NCBI GenBank assembly: GCA_964445115.1
Contig: CAYUJU010000010.1
Coordinates: 2,582-66,581, forward strand
Source: an uncultured Methylobacillus sp.
GTDB lineage: Bacteria > Pseudomonadota > Gammaproteobacteria > Burkholderiales > Methylophilaceae
Direction: 5' to 3'
Length of the DNA stretch: 64,000 nucleotides
Below, in pieces: positions 1 to 10,065 of the stretch (within the stretch, counting starts at the first letter, position 1; each line of letters starts with the position of its first letter). A program made the translations under genes and the position numbers. The notes under the pieces were generated by a model. It was not told the DNA's origin. It ran no database searches and saw only the letters and a program-made list of their open reading frames with translations.

Positions 1-50
1 GGAACCATCAGGCAAGCGGATCACTGGCATAGGGATTCCCTATTCTTCAA

Positions 51-88
51 ACCGTAAAAATAACAAAAGCCGTTCGGAAACGGCTTTT
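51..88 (-). terminator. Rho-independent terminator downstream of tRNA-Val
   Basis: 9-bp stem AAAAGCCGT/ACGGCTTTT (65-73 / 80-88). On the minus strand it is followed by a T5 run (complement of A56-A60). Confidence 0.6.
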
Positions 89-98
89 GTATTGGTGT

Positions 99-175
99 TG
101 GTAGGCGCGATTGGACTCGAACCAACGACCCCCACCATGTCAAGGTGGTGCTCTAACCAGCTGAGCTACGCGCCT
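99..175 (-). tRNA. tRNA-Val (anticodon GAC)
   Basis: The reverse complement folds as a 77-nt cloverleaf: acceptor AGGCGCG/CGCGCCT, D-arm GCTC..GAGC, anticodon arm CCACC-TTGACAT-GGTGG, T-arm GTTGG-TTCGAGT-CCAAT, encoded CCA. Close to E. coli tRNA-Val(GAC). Confidence 0.95.
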
Positions 176-221
176 GAAAGAGGGAGCGAATTCTAGAGGA
201 TTGTTTTCAACAAAGCAAATG

Positions 222-1610
222 CTAATTTTGCGGATCGAACCAGCGCAATTTTTCGCGCAGCGACACCACGCTGCCAACAATGGTCAGACTGGGCGCACGC
301 AACCCCGCCTCGGCCACCTGTGCGGGCAAGGTTTCCAGCGTGGCCGTCACCACCCGCTGTGCATGGGTCGTTCCCTGCTGCACGACCGCAGCAGGCGTTG
401 TGGCCGGCATCCCATGCGCGATCAGCTGACGGCAAATTTCCGGCAACCCCACCAGCCCCATGTAAATCACCAGGGTCTGCGACGGGCGGACCAGCGCAGG
501 CCAGTCGAGATTGACCGAGCCATCCCGTAAGTGCCCGGTGGCGAAGACGACCGACTGGGCGTGATCCCGATGCGTCAGCGGGATCCCCGCATAAGTCGAC
601 ACCCCGCAGGCAGCGGTGATACCCGGCACGACCTGGAACGGCACACCTTCGGCCATCAGGGTTTCGATCTCCTCGCCGCCACGCCCGAAAATAAAAGGAT
701 CACCGCCTTTCAGGCGCAGCACGCGCTTGCCCGATTTGGCCAGACGCGCCAGCAACTGATTGATTTCCTCTTGTGGGACCGCATGATCGGCGCGCTGCTT
801 GCCGACATAAATACGTTCCGCATCGCGGCGCACCAGTTCCATGACGTCGTCGCTGACCAACTTGTCATAGAGCACCACGTCGCATTGCTGCATCAGGCGC
901 AATGCACGAAAGGTCAACAAATCAGGGTCACCCGGACCTGCACCGACCAGATACACTTCCCCTTGGGGCACGGATTCAGCGTCACCTTGCAACGCGTCAG
1001 CCATCATTTGTCGCGCTGCCGGGAGTTGGCCGGACAGCACACGCTCAGCGATCACACCTTGAAAGACCTGCTCCCAGAACAGTCGGCGCTGCTGGGAGGA
1101 AGGCAAGCATGCCTTCACTTGTTCACGGAACTCGGCCGCAAGCCCGGCGAGCTTGCCATAAGCAGCCGGGATCATGGTTTCGAGCTTGGCACGCAGCATA
1201 CGCGCCAGCACCGGTGCGGCACCCCCGCTGGAAATCGCCACCACCAGCGGCGAGCGATCCACGACCGAGGGCACGATGAACGTGCACAACACCGGCGCAT
1301 CCACCACATTGACCGGGATACGCTGCGCCCGGGCCGCCTCAGACACTTGTTGATTCACGACGGAGTCGTCGGTCGCTGCGATCACAAGCGTGGCATTCTC
1401 AAGACTGGCGGGGGCAAACGGGGTGGGGGTCCAGCCTATCTGTCCGGACGCATGTTCGGACTGCAGTTCCTGGCAAAGCACAGGCGAGACAACGTCGACC
1501 GCAGCGCCCGCCTTGCGCAGCAACGCGACCTTGCGCAGCGCCACCTCGCCGCCGCCCACCACCACCACGCGTTGCCCGCGCAGGTTCATGAATATCGGGA
1601 AATAGTCCAT
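222..1610 (-). CDS. cysG: Siroheme synthase (uroporphyrinogen-III methyltransferase / precorrin-2 dehydrogenase / ferrochelatase)
   Basis: 462 aa. N-terminal NAD-binding [14 protein letters not shown]-terminal SAM-dependent methylase motifs [15 protein letters not shown] and [12 protein letters not shown]. Confidence 0.9.
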   Translation of the reverse strand: MDYFPIFMNLRGQRVVVVGGGEVALRKVALLRKAGAAVDVVSPVLCQELQSEHASGQIGWTPTPFAPASLENATLVIAATDDSVVNQQVSEAARAQRIPVNVVDAPVLCTFIVPSVVDRSPLVVAISSGGAAPVLARMLRAKLETMIPAAYGKLAGLAAEFREQVKACLPSSQQRRLFWEQVFQGVIAERVLSGQLPAARQMMADALQGDAESVPQGEVYLVGAGPGDPDLLTFRALRLMQQCDVVLYDKLVSDDVMELVRRDAERIYVGKQRADHAVPQEEINQLLARLAKSGKRVLRLKGGDPFIFGRGGEEIETLMAEGVPFQVVPGITAACGVSTYAGIPLTHRDHAQSVVFATGHLRDGSVNLDWPALVRPSQTLVIYMGLVGLPEICRQLIAHGMPATTPAAVVQQGTTHAQRVVTATLETLPAQVAEAGLRAPSLTIVGSVVSLREKLRWFDPQN

Positions 1611-1734
1611 ATTGCTATTCTACCCGCGCACCGGGCACATTGCCCCAAGCACCGTGTTTCATCTATAATGCCGCCTTAGCTTACTGTTTTTTCAGGATTA
1701 TTTTGCAACACTCCCCACGCAGGAGCCGTATATC

Positions 1735-3066
1735 TTGAGCGCTCCCAAAAAAGTTTTCATCAAGACCTTCGGCTGCCAGATGAACGAGTACGACTCGTCG
1801 CGCATGGCGGACCTGATGCAGGCAGCGGAAGGTATGCAGCCCACCGAGAATGCCGAGGATGCCGATGTCATCCTGATCAACACCTGTTCGGTGCGGGAAA
1901 AACCGCAGGAAAAAGTGTTCAGCCAGCTTGGCCAGTTCCGCCTGCTCAAGCAAAAAAACCCGAATCTGGTTATTGGCGTGGGTGGTTGCGTGGCTAGCCA
2001 GGAAGGCGATGCCATCGTCGAACGTGCCCCGTTCGTGGACGTGGTATTCGGCCCACAAACTCTCCACCGATTGCCGGAAATGATCGCCGAGAAACGCGCC
2101 TCCGGTCGCTCGCAAGTTGACATCAGTTTCCCGGAGATCGAAAAGTTCGACCGTCTTCCACCACCACGCGTCGAAGGCGCTACAGCGTTCCTGTCGATCA
2201 TGGAGGGTTGCAGCAAGTACTGCACATTCTGCGTGGTGCCGTATACCCGCGGCGAGGAAGTCTCGCGTCCGTTCGAAGATGTACTGACCGAAGCCGCGCA
2301 ACTGGTGCAACAGGGCGTCAAGGAACTCACGCTGCTCGGCCAGAACGTCAATGCCTACCGCGGTGCCATGCAATCAGGGGAAACTGCCGACCTGGCCATG
2401 CTGCTGGAATACTTGCACGAAATTCCTGGCATCGAACGCCTGCGTTACACCACGTCCCACCCCAACGAAATGACGCCGGCCCTGATCGAAGCATATGCCA
2501 AGCTACCCAAGCTGGTATCGCACCTGCATCTGCCGGTGCAGGCTGGCTCCGACCGGATCCTGATGGCGATGAAACGCAATTACACCGGGCTGCAGTACAA
2601 ATCCCTGATTCGCAAGCTGCGTGCCGCGCGGCCGGACCTGCACCTGTCATCTGACTTTATTGTCGGCTTCCCCGGTGAAACCGATGCCGATTTCGAAGCC
2701 ACCATGAAACTGATCGAGGACGTGGGCTTCGACTACAGCTTCAGCTTCATCTATAGCGCCCGCCCGGGCACCGGCGCCTCCTATCTGGAGGACGACACCC
2801 CGGCCGAGGTGAAGCAGGCCCGTCTGGAGCGCCTGCAGGCGCGCATCGAGGCCATGGGTTTCGAAAACAGCCAGAAGATGGTCGGCACGACCCAACGCGT
2901 GCTGGTCGAAGGCCCCTCAAAGAAGGACCCGAAACAACTGGCAGGTCGCACGGACAACAATCGTATTGTCAACTTTGACGGCCCGGCGGAACTGATTCAT
3001 CAGTTCACCACCGTACGTATCACCGAGGCGCTGCCGCACAGCCTGCGCGGGGAACTCCTTCAATAA
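1735..3066 (+). CDS. miaB: tRNA-2-methylthio-N6-dimethylallyladenosine synthase
   Basis: 443 aa. TTG start 9 nt after AGGAG. N-terminus [17 protein letters not shown], radical-SAM [12 protein letters not shown]-terminal TRAM region. Confidence 0.93.
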   Translation: MSAPKKVFIKTFGCQMNEYDSSRMADLMQAAEGMQPTENAEDADVILINTCSVREKPQEKVFSQLGQFRLLKQKNPNLVIGVGGCVASQEGDAIVERAPFVDVVFGPQTLHRLPEMIAEKRASGRSQVDISFPEIEKFDRLPPPRVEGATAFLSIMEGCSKYCTFCVVPYTRGEEVSRPFEDVLTEAAQLVQQGVKELTLLGQNVNAYRGAMQSGETADLAMLLEYLHEIPGIERLRYTTSHPNEMTPALIEAYAKLPKLVSHLHLPVQAGSDRILMAMKRNYTGLQYKSLIRKLRAARPDLHLSSDFIVGFPGETDADFEATMKLIEDVGFDYSFSFIYSARPGTGASYLEDDTPAEVKQARLERLQARIEAMGFENSQKMVGTTQRVLVEGPSKKDPKQLAGRTDNNRIVNFDGPAELIHQFTTVRITEALPHSLRGELLQ

Positions 3067-4025
3067 TGGAAGTCAACTTCACCCCGGAAGACAATGTCCG
3101 CCTTGCCAACCTGTGCGGCGCGCTGGACGAGAACCTGAAGCAGATCGAGGACGCGCTGGAAGTCGGTATCGCACGCCGCGGCGGACATTTCCGCCTCTCT
3201 GGCGAGACCCATAACATGCGTCTTGCCGCGCAGTTGCTGGAAGACTTTTACGAACGCGCCCGCAAGCCCATTGGGCTGGAGGACGTGCAACTCGGACTGG
3301 TGGAGGTCGGTAAGTTGAGTGCGGATGCCGTGACCACGGCCTCTATGCCGGTGCTGATGACGCGCCGCTCCGACCTGCACGGGCGTACGCCTCGGCAGAT
3401 CGAGTATCTGCAGCAAATTCAGGATTACGACATCACCTTCGGCATCGGCCCGGCCGGTACCGGCAAGACCTATTTGGCTGTCGCCAGCGCAGTGGACGCG
3501 ATGCAGCGCGACCGCGTCAAACGTATCGTGCTGGTACGCCCCGCAGTGGAGGCGGGGGAGCGCCTGGGCTTTCTGCCGGGCGACCTGACACAAAAAGTCG
3601 ACCCTTATCTGCGCCCCCTCTACGACGCCCTGTACGACCTGATGGGCTTCGACACCGTGCACAAGATGTTCGAGCGCAACGCCATCGAAGTAGCACCGCT
3701 GGCCTACATGCGAGGACGCACGCTGAACCAGAGCTTCATCATTCTGGACGAGGCACAGAACACCACGCCGGAACAGATGAAGATGTTCCTCACCCGTATC
3801 GGCTTTGGCACCAAGGCCGTGATCACCGGGGACGTGACCCAGATCGACCTCGGACGCGGCCAAAAGTCCGGCCTGATTGAGGCGCAAAAGGTACTGAAAG
3901 ACGTGCGCGGCATCGCCATCACCCAGTTCCTGTCGCAGGACGTGGTGCGTCACCCGCTGGTGCAGAAGATCGTTAACGCCTACGAACGTTACGAGCAACA
4001 ACAGGAAGAATCGGGCCGGGCATGA
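3066..4025 (+). CDS. ybeZ: PhoH-like ATPase (YbeZ)
   Basis: 319 aa. Walker [13 protein letters not shown] and PhoH signature ILDEAQNTT. Conserved position after miaB; the ATG overlaps the miaB stop. Confidence 0.9.
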   Translation: MEVNFTPEDNVRLANLCGALDENLKQIEDALEVGIARRGGHFRLSGETHNMRLAAQLLEDFYERARKPIGLEDVQLGLVEVGKLSADAVTTASMPVLMTRRSDLHGRTPRQIEYLQQIQDYDITFGIGPAGTGKTYLAVASAVDAMQRDRVKRIVLVRPAVEAGERLGFLPGDLTQKVDPYLRPLYDALYDLMGFDTVHKMFERNAIEVAPLAYMRGRTLNQSFIILDEAQNTTPEQMKMFLTRIGFGTKAVITGDVTQIDLGRGQKSGLIEAQKVLKDVRGIAITQFLSQDVVRHPLVQKIVNAYERYEQQQEESGRA

Positions 4026-4474
4026 AACCCAAGCTGAGTCTGGCCGTGCAATACGCCACAAAACCGGAAGGCGTCCCAACGCGCTACCAGTTCAAGAAAT
4101 GGGCGCAAGCGGCGCTTGAGTGCGATGCTGAAATCGCCTTGCGCATCGTCGATCTCGAAGAGGGACGCGAACTGAACCACACCTACCGCCACAAAGACTA
4201 CGCAACCAACGTGCTGACTTTCCCGCTGATGCAGGAACCGGTGCTGCTGGGCGACATCGTGCTGTGCGCGCCAGTGGTCGAAAAGGAAGCCGCAGAGCAA
4301 GGCATTTCGCTAGAAGCCCATTATGCACACCTGACCGTGCACGGCGTCCTGCACATGCAGGGCTACGACCACGAACACGACGCCGATGCCGAAGTGATGG
4401 AAGCGCTGGAAACACAAATCGTCATAAAACTGGGGTATGCTGACCCCTATCTCGTTGAAAAGGAAGCCAGTTAA
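4022..4474 (+). CDS. ybeY: rRNA maturation endoribonuclease YbeY
   Basis: 150 aa. Zinc motif [14 protein letters not shown]. 4-nt overlap with ybeZ. Confidence 0.92.
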   Translation: MKPKLSLAVQYATKPEGVPTRYQFKKWAQAALECDAEIALRIVDLEEGRELNHTYRHKDYATNVLTFPLMQEPVLLGDIVLCAPVVEKEAAEQGISLEAHYAHLTVHGVLHMQGYDHEHDADAEVMEALETQIVIKLGYADPYLVEKEAS

Positions 4475-5331
4475 TGGCGGATGACAGTCATAAGCCGACT
4501 TTACTCGAAAGGCTTTCCCACCTCCTGCTGCGCGAACCCGAAGACCGCGAGCAACTGATCGAACTCCTCCACGCCTCCTACGAGAAAAACCTGCTGGACG
4601 CCGATGCCCTGGCCATGATCGAGGGCGTGATGCAGGTGTCCGAAATGCAGGTACGCGACATCATGATCCCGCGTTCGCAGATGGATGTAATCGACATCAC
4701 CGATCCGCCGGAAAAATTCATCCCGTTCGTGATCGAGACCGCGCACTCGCGCTTCCCCGTCATCGACGAGAACAAGGATGACGTGATCGGTATCCTGCTG
4801 GCCAAGGATCTGCTGCGCTATTACGCCGGGGACGAGGATTTCAACGTGCGCGACATGCTGCGTCCGGCCGTGTTCATTCCGGAGTCGAAACGACTCAACG
4901 TGCTGCTCAAGGAATTCCGCAGCAACCGCAACCACATTGCAGTGGTCGTGGACGAATACGGCGGTGTCGCCGGCATGGTAACCATTGAAGACGTGCTGGA
5001 ACAGATCGTCGGCGACATCGAGGACGAATACGATTTCGACGAAACCGAGGACAACATCCTCCGCGACAGCAGCGGCCGCTACCGCATCAAGGCCCTGACC
5101 GAGATCGTAGACCTCAACGAGGCCTTGGGCACCGAGTTCAGCGACGAGGAATTCTCGACCATCGGAGGACTCATCGTCAGCAAGTTCGGCCATCTCCCCA
5201 AGCGCGGCGAACAGGTCATCGTGGACAACTACCGTTTCACGGTCCTGCGCGCGGACAGCCGCCGTGTCCATTCCCTGCTGGCAGAACTTTTGCCCGAGAC
5301 TCTCCGAGAAGTGTCCGACTCAGGCCACTAA
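4474..5331 (+). CDS. corC: CBS-pair / CorC_HlyC domain magnesium-cobalt efflux-associated protein
   Basis: 285 aa. Tandem CBS region followed by a CorC/HlyC-type C-terminus. Conserved ybeZYX synteny. Confidence 0.88.
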   Translation: MADDSHKPTLLERLSHLLLREPEDREQLIELLHASYEKNLLDADALAMIEGVMQVSEMQVRDIMIPRSQMDVIDITDPPEKFIPFVIETAHSRFPVIDENKDDVIGILLAKDLLRYYAGDEDFNVRDMLRPAVFIPESKRLNVLLKEFRSNRNHIAVVVDEYGGVAGMVTIEDVLEQIVGDIEDEYDFDETEDNILRDSSGRYRIKALTEIVDLNEALGTEFSDEEFSTIGGLIVSKFGHLPKRGEQVIVDNYRFTVLRADSRRVHSLLAELLPETLREVSDSGH

Positions 5332-5395
5332 GCACGAACTTTCTTCGCGCCACCACCTCTTAACCCTCATGATCAGCAAATTTGAGGGGATGGGC

Positions 5396-5800
5396 ATGCG
5401 GAATACATTCGGCATTCTCTTGTTGGGGCTATCGGTGACAGTACATGCCGAGTCAGGGTTACCCAGCCAGGACATCGAGTTTATCGGGGCATTACAGTCG
5501 CTCAGACAGCCAGAGGTGTTGGCTAGGCTGGGCCAACCGGCCAATGTGTTCGAGGTAATCGACCAGCAGGGCAAGGTCCGCTCGACCATCTGGCGCTACG
5601 AAGAGCTCAACACCACGGCGGATGGCAGCGTTTACCGGTTTACCGATATCGATTTCGTGGGCGACCGTATCAAGGATGTGATGTTTTCGAACAGTCCTCC
5701 AGAACAGGCGAGAGAGGAACGAGATGCACCTAGAGAGGTCTGTCCGTCGGAGGGGTGTCACGCCGAGCCCTTGATGCCCGAGCCCGGCGCGCCAGGCTAA
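5396..5800 (+). CDS. Small secreted hypothetical protein
   Basis: The internal ATG at 5396 lies 6 nt after GAGGGG and gives the signal peptide MRNTFGILLLGLSVTVHA. The upstream part of ORF 5264-5800 overlaps corC and looks non-coding. I recognise no family. Confidence 0.5.
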   Translation: MRNTFGILLLGLSVTVHAESGLPSQDIEFIGALQSLRQPEVLARLGQPANVFEVIDQQGKVRSTIWRYEELNTTADGSVYRFTDIDFVGDRIKDVMFSNSPPEQAREERDAPREVCPSEGCHAEPLMPEPGAPG

Positions 5801-5802
5801 GC

Positions 5803-6243
5803 CTATTTTTTCAGGGAGTCGCGGATTTCGCGCAGCAGCACGATATCTTCCGGTGTCGGGGCCGGTGCCGCCGGAGCAGCTTCCGCTTGTGCAGCCGCCT
5901 GGTTTTTCAGTCGGTTGATCTGCTTGACCATCATAAAGATCACAAACGCGAGGATCACGAAGTTCAGCGCGATCGTAATAAAGTTGCCGTAAGCCAGCAT
6001 CGGCACACCGGCGGCCTTGAGCGCAGCATACGTTTGCGGAACGTCGGCAGGGCCATCAGCCAGCTTGATGAACATGTTGGAGAAATCCAGCTTGCCCAGC
6101 AACATGCCCACGACGGGCAGAATAATGTCACCAACCAGCGAATCGACGATCTTGCCGAACGCCGCGCCGATGATCACCCCCACTGCCAGATCGATCACAT
6201 TCCCCTTGAGGGCAAACTCTTTGAATTCCGAAGCGATGCTCAT
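5803..6243 (-). CDS. mscL: Large-conductance mechanosensitive channel
   Basis: [33 protein letters not shown] is nearly identical to the E. coli MscL N-terminus. The start is trimmed to the ATG at 6243. Confidence 0.9.
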   Translation of the reverse strand: MSIASEFKEFALKGNVIDLAVGVIIGAAFGKIVDSLVGDIILPVVGMLLGKLDFSNMFIKLADGPADVPQTYAALKAAGVPMLAYGNFITIALNFVILAFVIFMMVKQINRLKNQAAAQAEAAPAAPAPTPEDIVLLREIRDSLKK

Positions 6244-6357
6244 CGCGGCAACCCCTTTCATGACTAGTTTGTTATTTATTGCATTACAGGCGCAAAGTGT
6301 GGGCCCGTGGCACACCCCCTGTCAACCCGCGAGGAATAGTGATTTAATCCTGTCTCC

Positions 6358-7206
6358 ATGACCACGACAGACGCTCTCACCCCCCGCAACCACGACCGCG
6401 ACAGCGCGGGCATGACCTACGTCTATCCAGTGGTTTCTCGACGTGCCGGCGGCGTGTCGATCGGCATCAACCTCAACCCCAACAATGCTTGCAACTGGCG
6501 CTGCATCTACTGCCAAGTACCCAACCTCACCCGCGGCAATGCCCCAGGCATCGACCTCGCACAACTCGAGCGCGAATTGCGCCAGATGCTGCATGAAGTA
6601 ACGGCGGGCGATTTCATGCAGCAGCGGGTTGCCGAGGGCGCGCGCCACCTCGAAGACATCGCCTTTTCCGGGAATGGCGAGCCGACCAGCGCGAAGGTAT
6701 TTCCAGAAACCGTCGCACTGGTCATTCGCGTGCTGCAGGATTTTGCCCTGCTGGGCAAGTTGAAGATCAGGTTGATCACCAACGGCAGCCAGATGGACAG
6801 GCCGGACATCCTGCAAGCCGTCCGCGCCATGGCGGCAGCCAATGGCGAAGTCTGGTTCAAGGTCGATGCCGCGACGCGGGAAGGCATCGCCCGCATCAAC
6901 GACGTCTCGCTCAACCCGTCCGGTGTGCTTGAACGGTTGAAGGCGTGTGGCGCGGCCTGCCCCACCTGGATACAAACCTGCCTGTTCGCCATCGACGGGA
7001 ACCCGCCGGACGAAGCTGAATGCCGAGCATGGCTGGATCTGGTCGGCGCAGCGAAAGACCGCGTGGCCGGCGTGCATTTGTATGGATTGGCACGGCCATC
7101 CATGCAGCCTGAAGCGGGTCGGCTTTCCAGCCTGCCGGCCGAGTGGATGCACGCCCTGGCGGCCCGGGTGGAGGCGCTCGGGATTCCTGTGAGAGTCAGC
7201 CCATAA
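6358..7206 (+). CDS. Radical SAM domain protein, function unknown
   Basis: 282 aa. CNWRCIYCQ (CxxxCxxC cluster motif) and FSGNGEPT (SAM-binding-like glycine-rich motif). Confidence 0.75.
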   Translation: MTTTDALTPRNHDRDSAGMTYVYPVVSRRAGGVSIGINLNPNNACNWRCIYCQVPNLTRGNAPGIDLAQLERELRQMLHEVTAGDFMQQRVAEGARHLEDIAFSGNGEPTSAKVFPETVALVIRVLQDFALLGKLKIRLITNGSQMDRPDILQAVRAMAAANGEVWFKVDAATREGIARINDVSLNPSGVLERLKACGAACPTWIQTCLFAIDGNPPDEAECRAWLDLVGAAKDRVAGVHLYGLARPSMQPEAGRLSSLPAEWMHALAARVEALGIPVRVSP

Positions 7207-7212
7207 GGGATA

Positions 7213-7575
7213 TCAGCGTGCGAGACGCTGGTTCATCGCACGCAGCCGGGCGACGATCACCTTCATCACGTCGATCGCGAAGTTCGGTGTCTGCTGTACC
7301 AGGAATCTGAAGCGACGCTCGTCGATCTTGACCAGCCGACAGTCGGTACGCGCCACCACGTCGGCACTTCCCGGCGCATGATCGATCAAGGCCAGTTCTC
7401 CCAGCAGCGCCCCTTGGCTGACGGTGCTGATCAGGTCGTCGCCGAGGCGAATCTCCGCCTCACCGGCAAGCAGGACGTACATGAAGTCGTTAACTTCGCC
7501 GTGCTGGAGGATGGTGCTGCCGGCAGGGACGTTGACGGTATCAGTTTCATGCTTGAACAGGTGCGAAAAGTCCAT
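7213..7575 (-). CDS. Stand-alone cyclic nucleotide-binding domain protein
   Basis: 120 aa. CAP-effector-domain pattern FMYVLLAGEAEI ... GALLGELALID ... ARTDCRLVKI. No output domain. Confidence 0.75.
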   Translation of the reverse strand: MDFSHLFKHETDTVNVPAGSTILQHGEVNDFMYVLLAGEAEIRLGDDLISTVSQGALLGELALIDHAPGSADVVARTDCRLVKIDERRFRFLVQQTPNFAIDVMKVIVARLRAMNQRLAR

Positions 7576-7586
7576 GGGCGTAATCT

Positions 7587-7616
7587 TTCAAAGTTGAAAA
7601 TGGTTGCCCGTATAAT
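7587..7616 (+). promoter_or_regulatory. Candidate sigma70 promoter for lnt
   Basis: TTCAAA (7587-7592), 18-nt spacer, perfect TATAAT (7611-7616), about 27 nt upstream of the lnt TTG start. Confidence 0.35.
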
Positions 7617-7642
7617 GCAGAAAAATTCAGGCCTCATCTACC

Positions 7643-9109
7643 TTGCGCACCTTCCACATTTTCCACCGACATCCGCTGATCTTAGCTTTTGTATTGGGCA
7701 GCCTCGCCGTCACAGGCTACGCCCCGATGGGTTTCTACCCCGCCCCTGTTCTCACGCTGGCTGGCCTATTCTGGTTATGGTCCACCAGCGACCAGCGCTG
7801 GCAACGCTTCCGCATGGGCTATGCCTATGGCCTGGGGCTGTTCGGCGTCGGCATCTCGTGGATCTACGTCAGCCTGCACGTTTACGGGGGCATGCCCATG
7901 CCGCTGGCCGGACTCGCGACCGCCGGGTTCTGTGCCTTTCTGGCCCTGTTTTCGGGCGCCGCAGGGTTTGTGAGCGCACACTACTCATCTTATCGATGGG
8001 CCGTCATGGCCCTCGCCTGGGTATTGCTGGAATGGGTACTGAACTGGATTTTCACCGGGTTCCCCTGGATGACGCTGGGCAACGCCCAAGTGCCGTCGAG
8101 CCCTCTGGCTGGGTTCGCGCCATTGCTGGGGGTATTCGGCGTGTCCTTGATGGGGGCCAGCTTTGCCGCCCTGCTGGCAGCCCGCCTGAACGGCGATAAA
8201 CGCAAAGCCATCCTGTTCGCCCTGCTGGCGATCTGGGTCAGCGGCAGCCTGCTGAAGAAGATCGAATGGGGTACGCCGATCGGCAGCCCGATCACGGTCA
8301 GCCTGCTGCAGGGCAACATCGCGCAGGACATGAAATGGCAGCCGGAAGAAGCCCAGCGGACATTGGCCACGTATCTCGACCTGGCACGTCGGCACCCTGC
8401 AGAACTCGTCGTGCTGCCGGAAACGGCCCTGCCCATGCTGCGCGACGAAGTGCCCGCGGACTACCTCGCGCAATTGACTACCGCAGCAGGTGGCGATGTC
8501 CTGACCGGGTTGGTGGAAAGCGCGCCAGGCACCTACTTCAACAGCATGGTCAGCTATGGGAAAAGCCCCTCGCAAGCTTACCGCAAGGACCACCTGGTGC
8601 CGTTCGGCGAGTTTATCCCGCTGAAATCGTTGCTGGGGTGGATCTATCGCGACCTGCTGCACATCCCGCTCACCGATCTGTCGTCTGGCGGTGCAGCGCA
8701 ACGCCCCATGTCCCTGGCAGGCCAGAAAATCGCGATTAACATCTGTTATGAAGACGTATTCGGCGAGGAAATCATCCGCCAGTTGCCGGAAGCCACCCTG
8801 CTGGTCAACGCCAGCAACGATGCCTGGTATGGCGAATCCTTCGCTGCGCACCAGCACCGGCAGATGTCGCAGATGCGCGCGCTGGAAACCGGCCGCATGA
8901 TGCTGCGCGCCACCAACACCGGCGCCACCGCGATCATCAACCCCAAGGGCGAGGTACTGGCCGAGGCGCCGCATTTCACCACCACCGCCCTCACCGGCCA
9001 GGCGCAGGGATATACCGGCACGACGCCTTACGTGCGCTGGGGCAACTGGCCCGTCATCACCCTGATTTTCCTGGGGCTCGGGGTTTTGTGGACCCGAAAA
9101 AAGAAGTAA
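7643..9109 (+). CDS. lnt: Apolipoprotein N-acyltransferase
   Basis: 488 aa. Multi-TM N-terminal half and a CN-hydrolase domain with NICYE and NASNDAWYG. The TTG start is uncertain. Confidence 0.88.
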   Translation: MRTFHIFHRHPLILAFVLGSLAVTGYAPMGFYPAPVLTLAGLFWLWSTSDQRWQRFRMGYAYGLGLFGVGISWIYVSLHVYGGMPMPLAGLATAGFCAFLALFSGAAGFVSAHYSSYRWAVMALAWVLLEWVLNWIFTGFPWMTLGNAQVPSSPLAGFAPLLGVFGVSLMGASFAALLAARLNGDKRKAILFALLAIWVSGSLLKKIEWGTPIGSPITVSLLQGNIAQDMKWQPEEAQRTLATYLDLARRHPAELVVLPETALPMLRDEVPADYLAQLTTAAGGDVLTGLVESAPGTYFNSMVSYGKSPSQAYRKDHLVPFGEFIPLKSLLGWIYRDLLHIPLTDLSSGGAAQRPMSLAGQKIAINICYEDVFGEEIIRQLPEATLLVNASNDAWYGESFAAHQHRQMSQMRALETGRMMLRATNTGATAIINPKGEVLAEAPHFTTTALTGQAQGYTGTTPYVRWGNWPVITLIFLGLGVLWTRKKK

Positions 9110-9145
9110 AATCAGGGCCTTTTGCAACCTGCAGAATCATTTTCG

Positions 9146-10063
9146 ATGCTCACCTTCCAGCAAATCATTCTCACGCTTCAGCAATACTGGGACCAACAGG
9201 GCTGTGCACTGCTGCAACCCTATGACATGGAGGTCGGCGCCGGCACCAGCCACACCGCCACCTTCCTGCGCGCCATTGGCCCGGAACCCTGGAAAGCCGC
9301 CTACGTCCAACCCAGCCGCCGCCCCAAGGACGGTCGCTACGGCGAAAACCCAAACCGCCTGCAGCACTACTACCAGTTCCAGGTTGTGCTGAAGCCGGCA
9401 CCGGACAATATCCTCGAACTGTATCTCGGCTCGCTGGAGGCATTGGGCTTCGACCTGAAGAAGAACGACATCCGCTTCGTGGAAGACGACTGGGAAAACC
9501 CGACCCTGGGCGCATGGGGCCTCGGCTGGGAAGTCTGGCTGAACGGCATGGAAGTCACGCAGTTCACCTACTTCCAGCAGGTCGGCGGCATCAACTGCAA
9601 GCCGATTACCGGCGAGATCACCTATGGCCTGGAGCGCCTGGCCATGTATCTGCAGGGCGTGGACAACGTCTACGACCTGACCTACGCACCGGGTCTCAAA
9701 TACGGCGACGTGTTCCACCAGAACGAAGTGGAGCAGTCCACCTATAACTTCGAGCACAGCGACGTCGACTTCCTGCTCACCGCGTTCAACGCGCACGAGA
9801 AACAGGCACAGCACCTGATGGAAAACGCGCTGGCCCTGCCCGCCTACGAGCAGGTGCTCAAGGCCGCCCACACCTTCAACCTGCTGGATGCGCGCGGCGC
9901 GATTTCGGTCACCGAGCGGGCCGCCTATATCGGCCGCATCCGCAACCTGGCCCGCAGCGTCGCCCAGAGCTACCTCGACAGTCGTGCCCGTCTCGGCTTC
10001 CCGATGGCGCCCAGGGCATGGGCGGAAGAAGTCCTGGCGCAGATGGATAAGAAAGCAGCTTAA
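9146..10063 (+). CDS. glyQ: Glycine--tRNA ligase alpha subunit
   Basis: [20 protein letters not shown] matches the GlyQ N-terminus. The ATG at 9146 is preferred over the upstream TTG at 9122. Confidence 0.93.
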   Translation: MLTFQQIILTLQQYWDQQGCALLQPYDMEVGAGTSHTATFLRAIGPEPWKAAYVQPSRRPKDGRYGENPNRLQHYYQFQVVLKPAPDNILELYLGSLEALGFDLKKNDIRFVEDDWENPTLGAWGLGWEVWLNGMEVTQFTYFQQVGGINCKPITGEITYGLERLAMYLQGVDNVYDLTYAPGLKYGDVFHQNEVEQSTYNFEHSDVDFLLTAFNAHEKQAQHLMENALALPAYEQVLKAAHTFNLLDARGAISVTERAAYIGRIRNLARSVAQSYLDSRARLGFPMAPRAWAEEVLAQMDKKAA

Positions 10064-10065
10064 GC

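Noticed and set aside
99-1700. Checked whether tRNA-Val marks a genomic-island integration site.
   Set aside because: There is no integrase, direct repeat of the tRNA 3' end, or atypical composition nearby. The tRNA is flanked by cysG and miaB housekeeping genes.
5264-5395. The N-terminal 44 codons of track ORF 5264-5800, which overlap the 3' end of corC.
   Set aside because: This segment has no signal-peptide or domain character. An internal ATG with a GAGGGG RBS yields a canonical signal peptide. The upstream extension is probably not translated.
6308-6325. TGGCAC upstream of the radical-SAM gene, as a possible sigma54 -24 element.
   Set aside because: The -12 position reads CTGTC rather than TTGC, so there is no GC dinucleotide at the right spacing.
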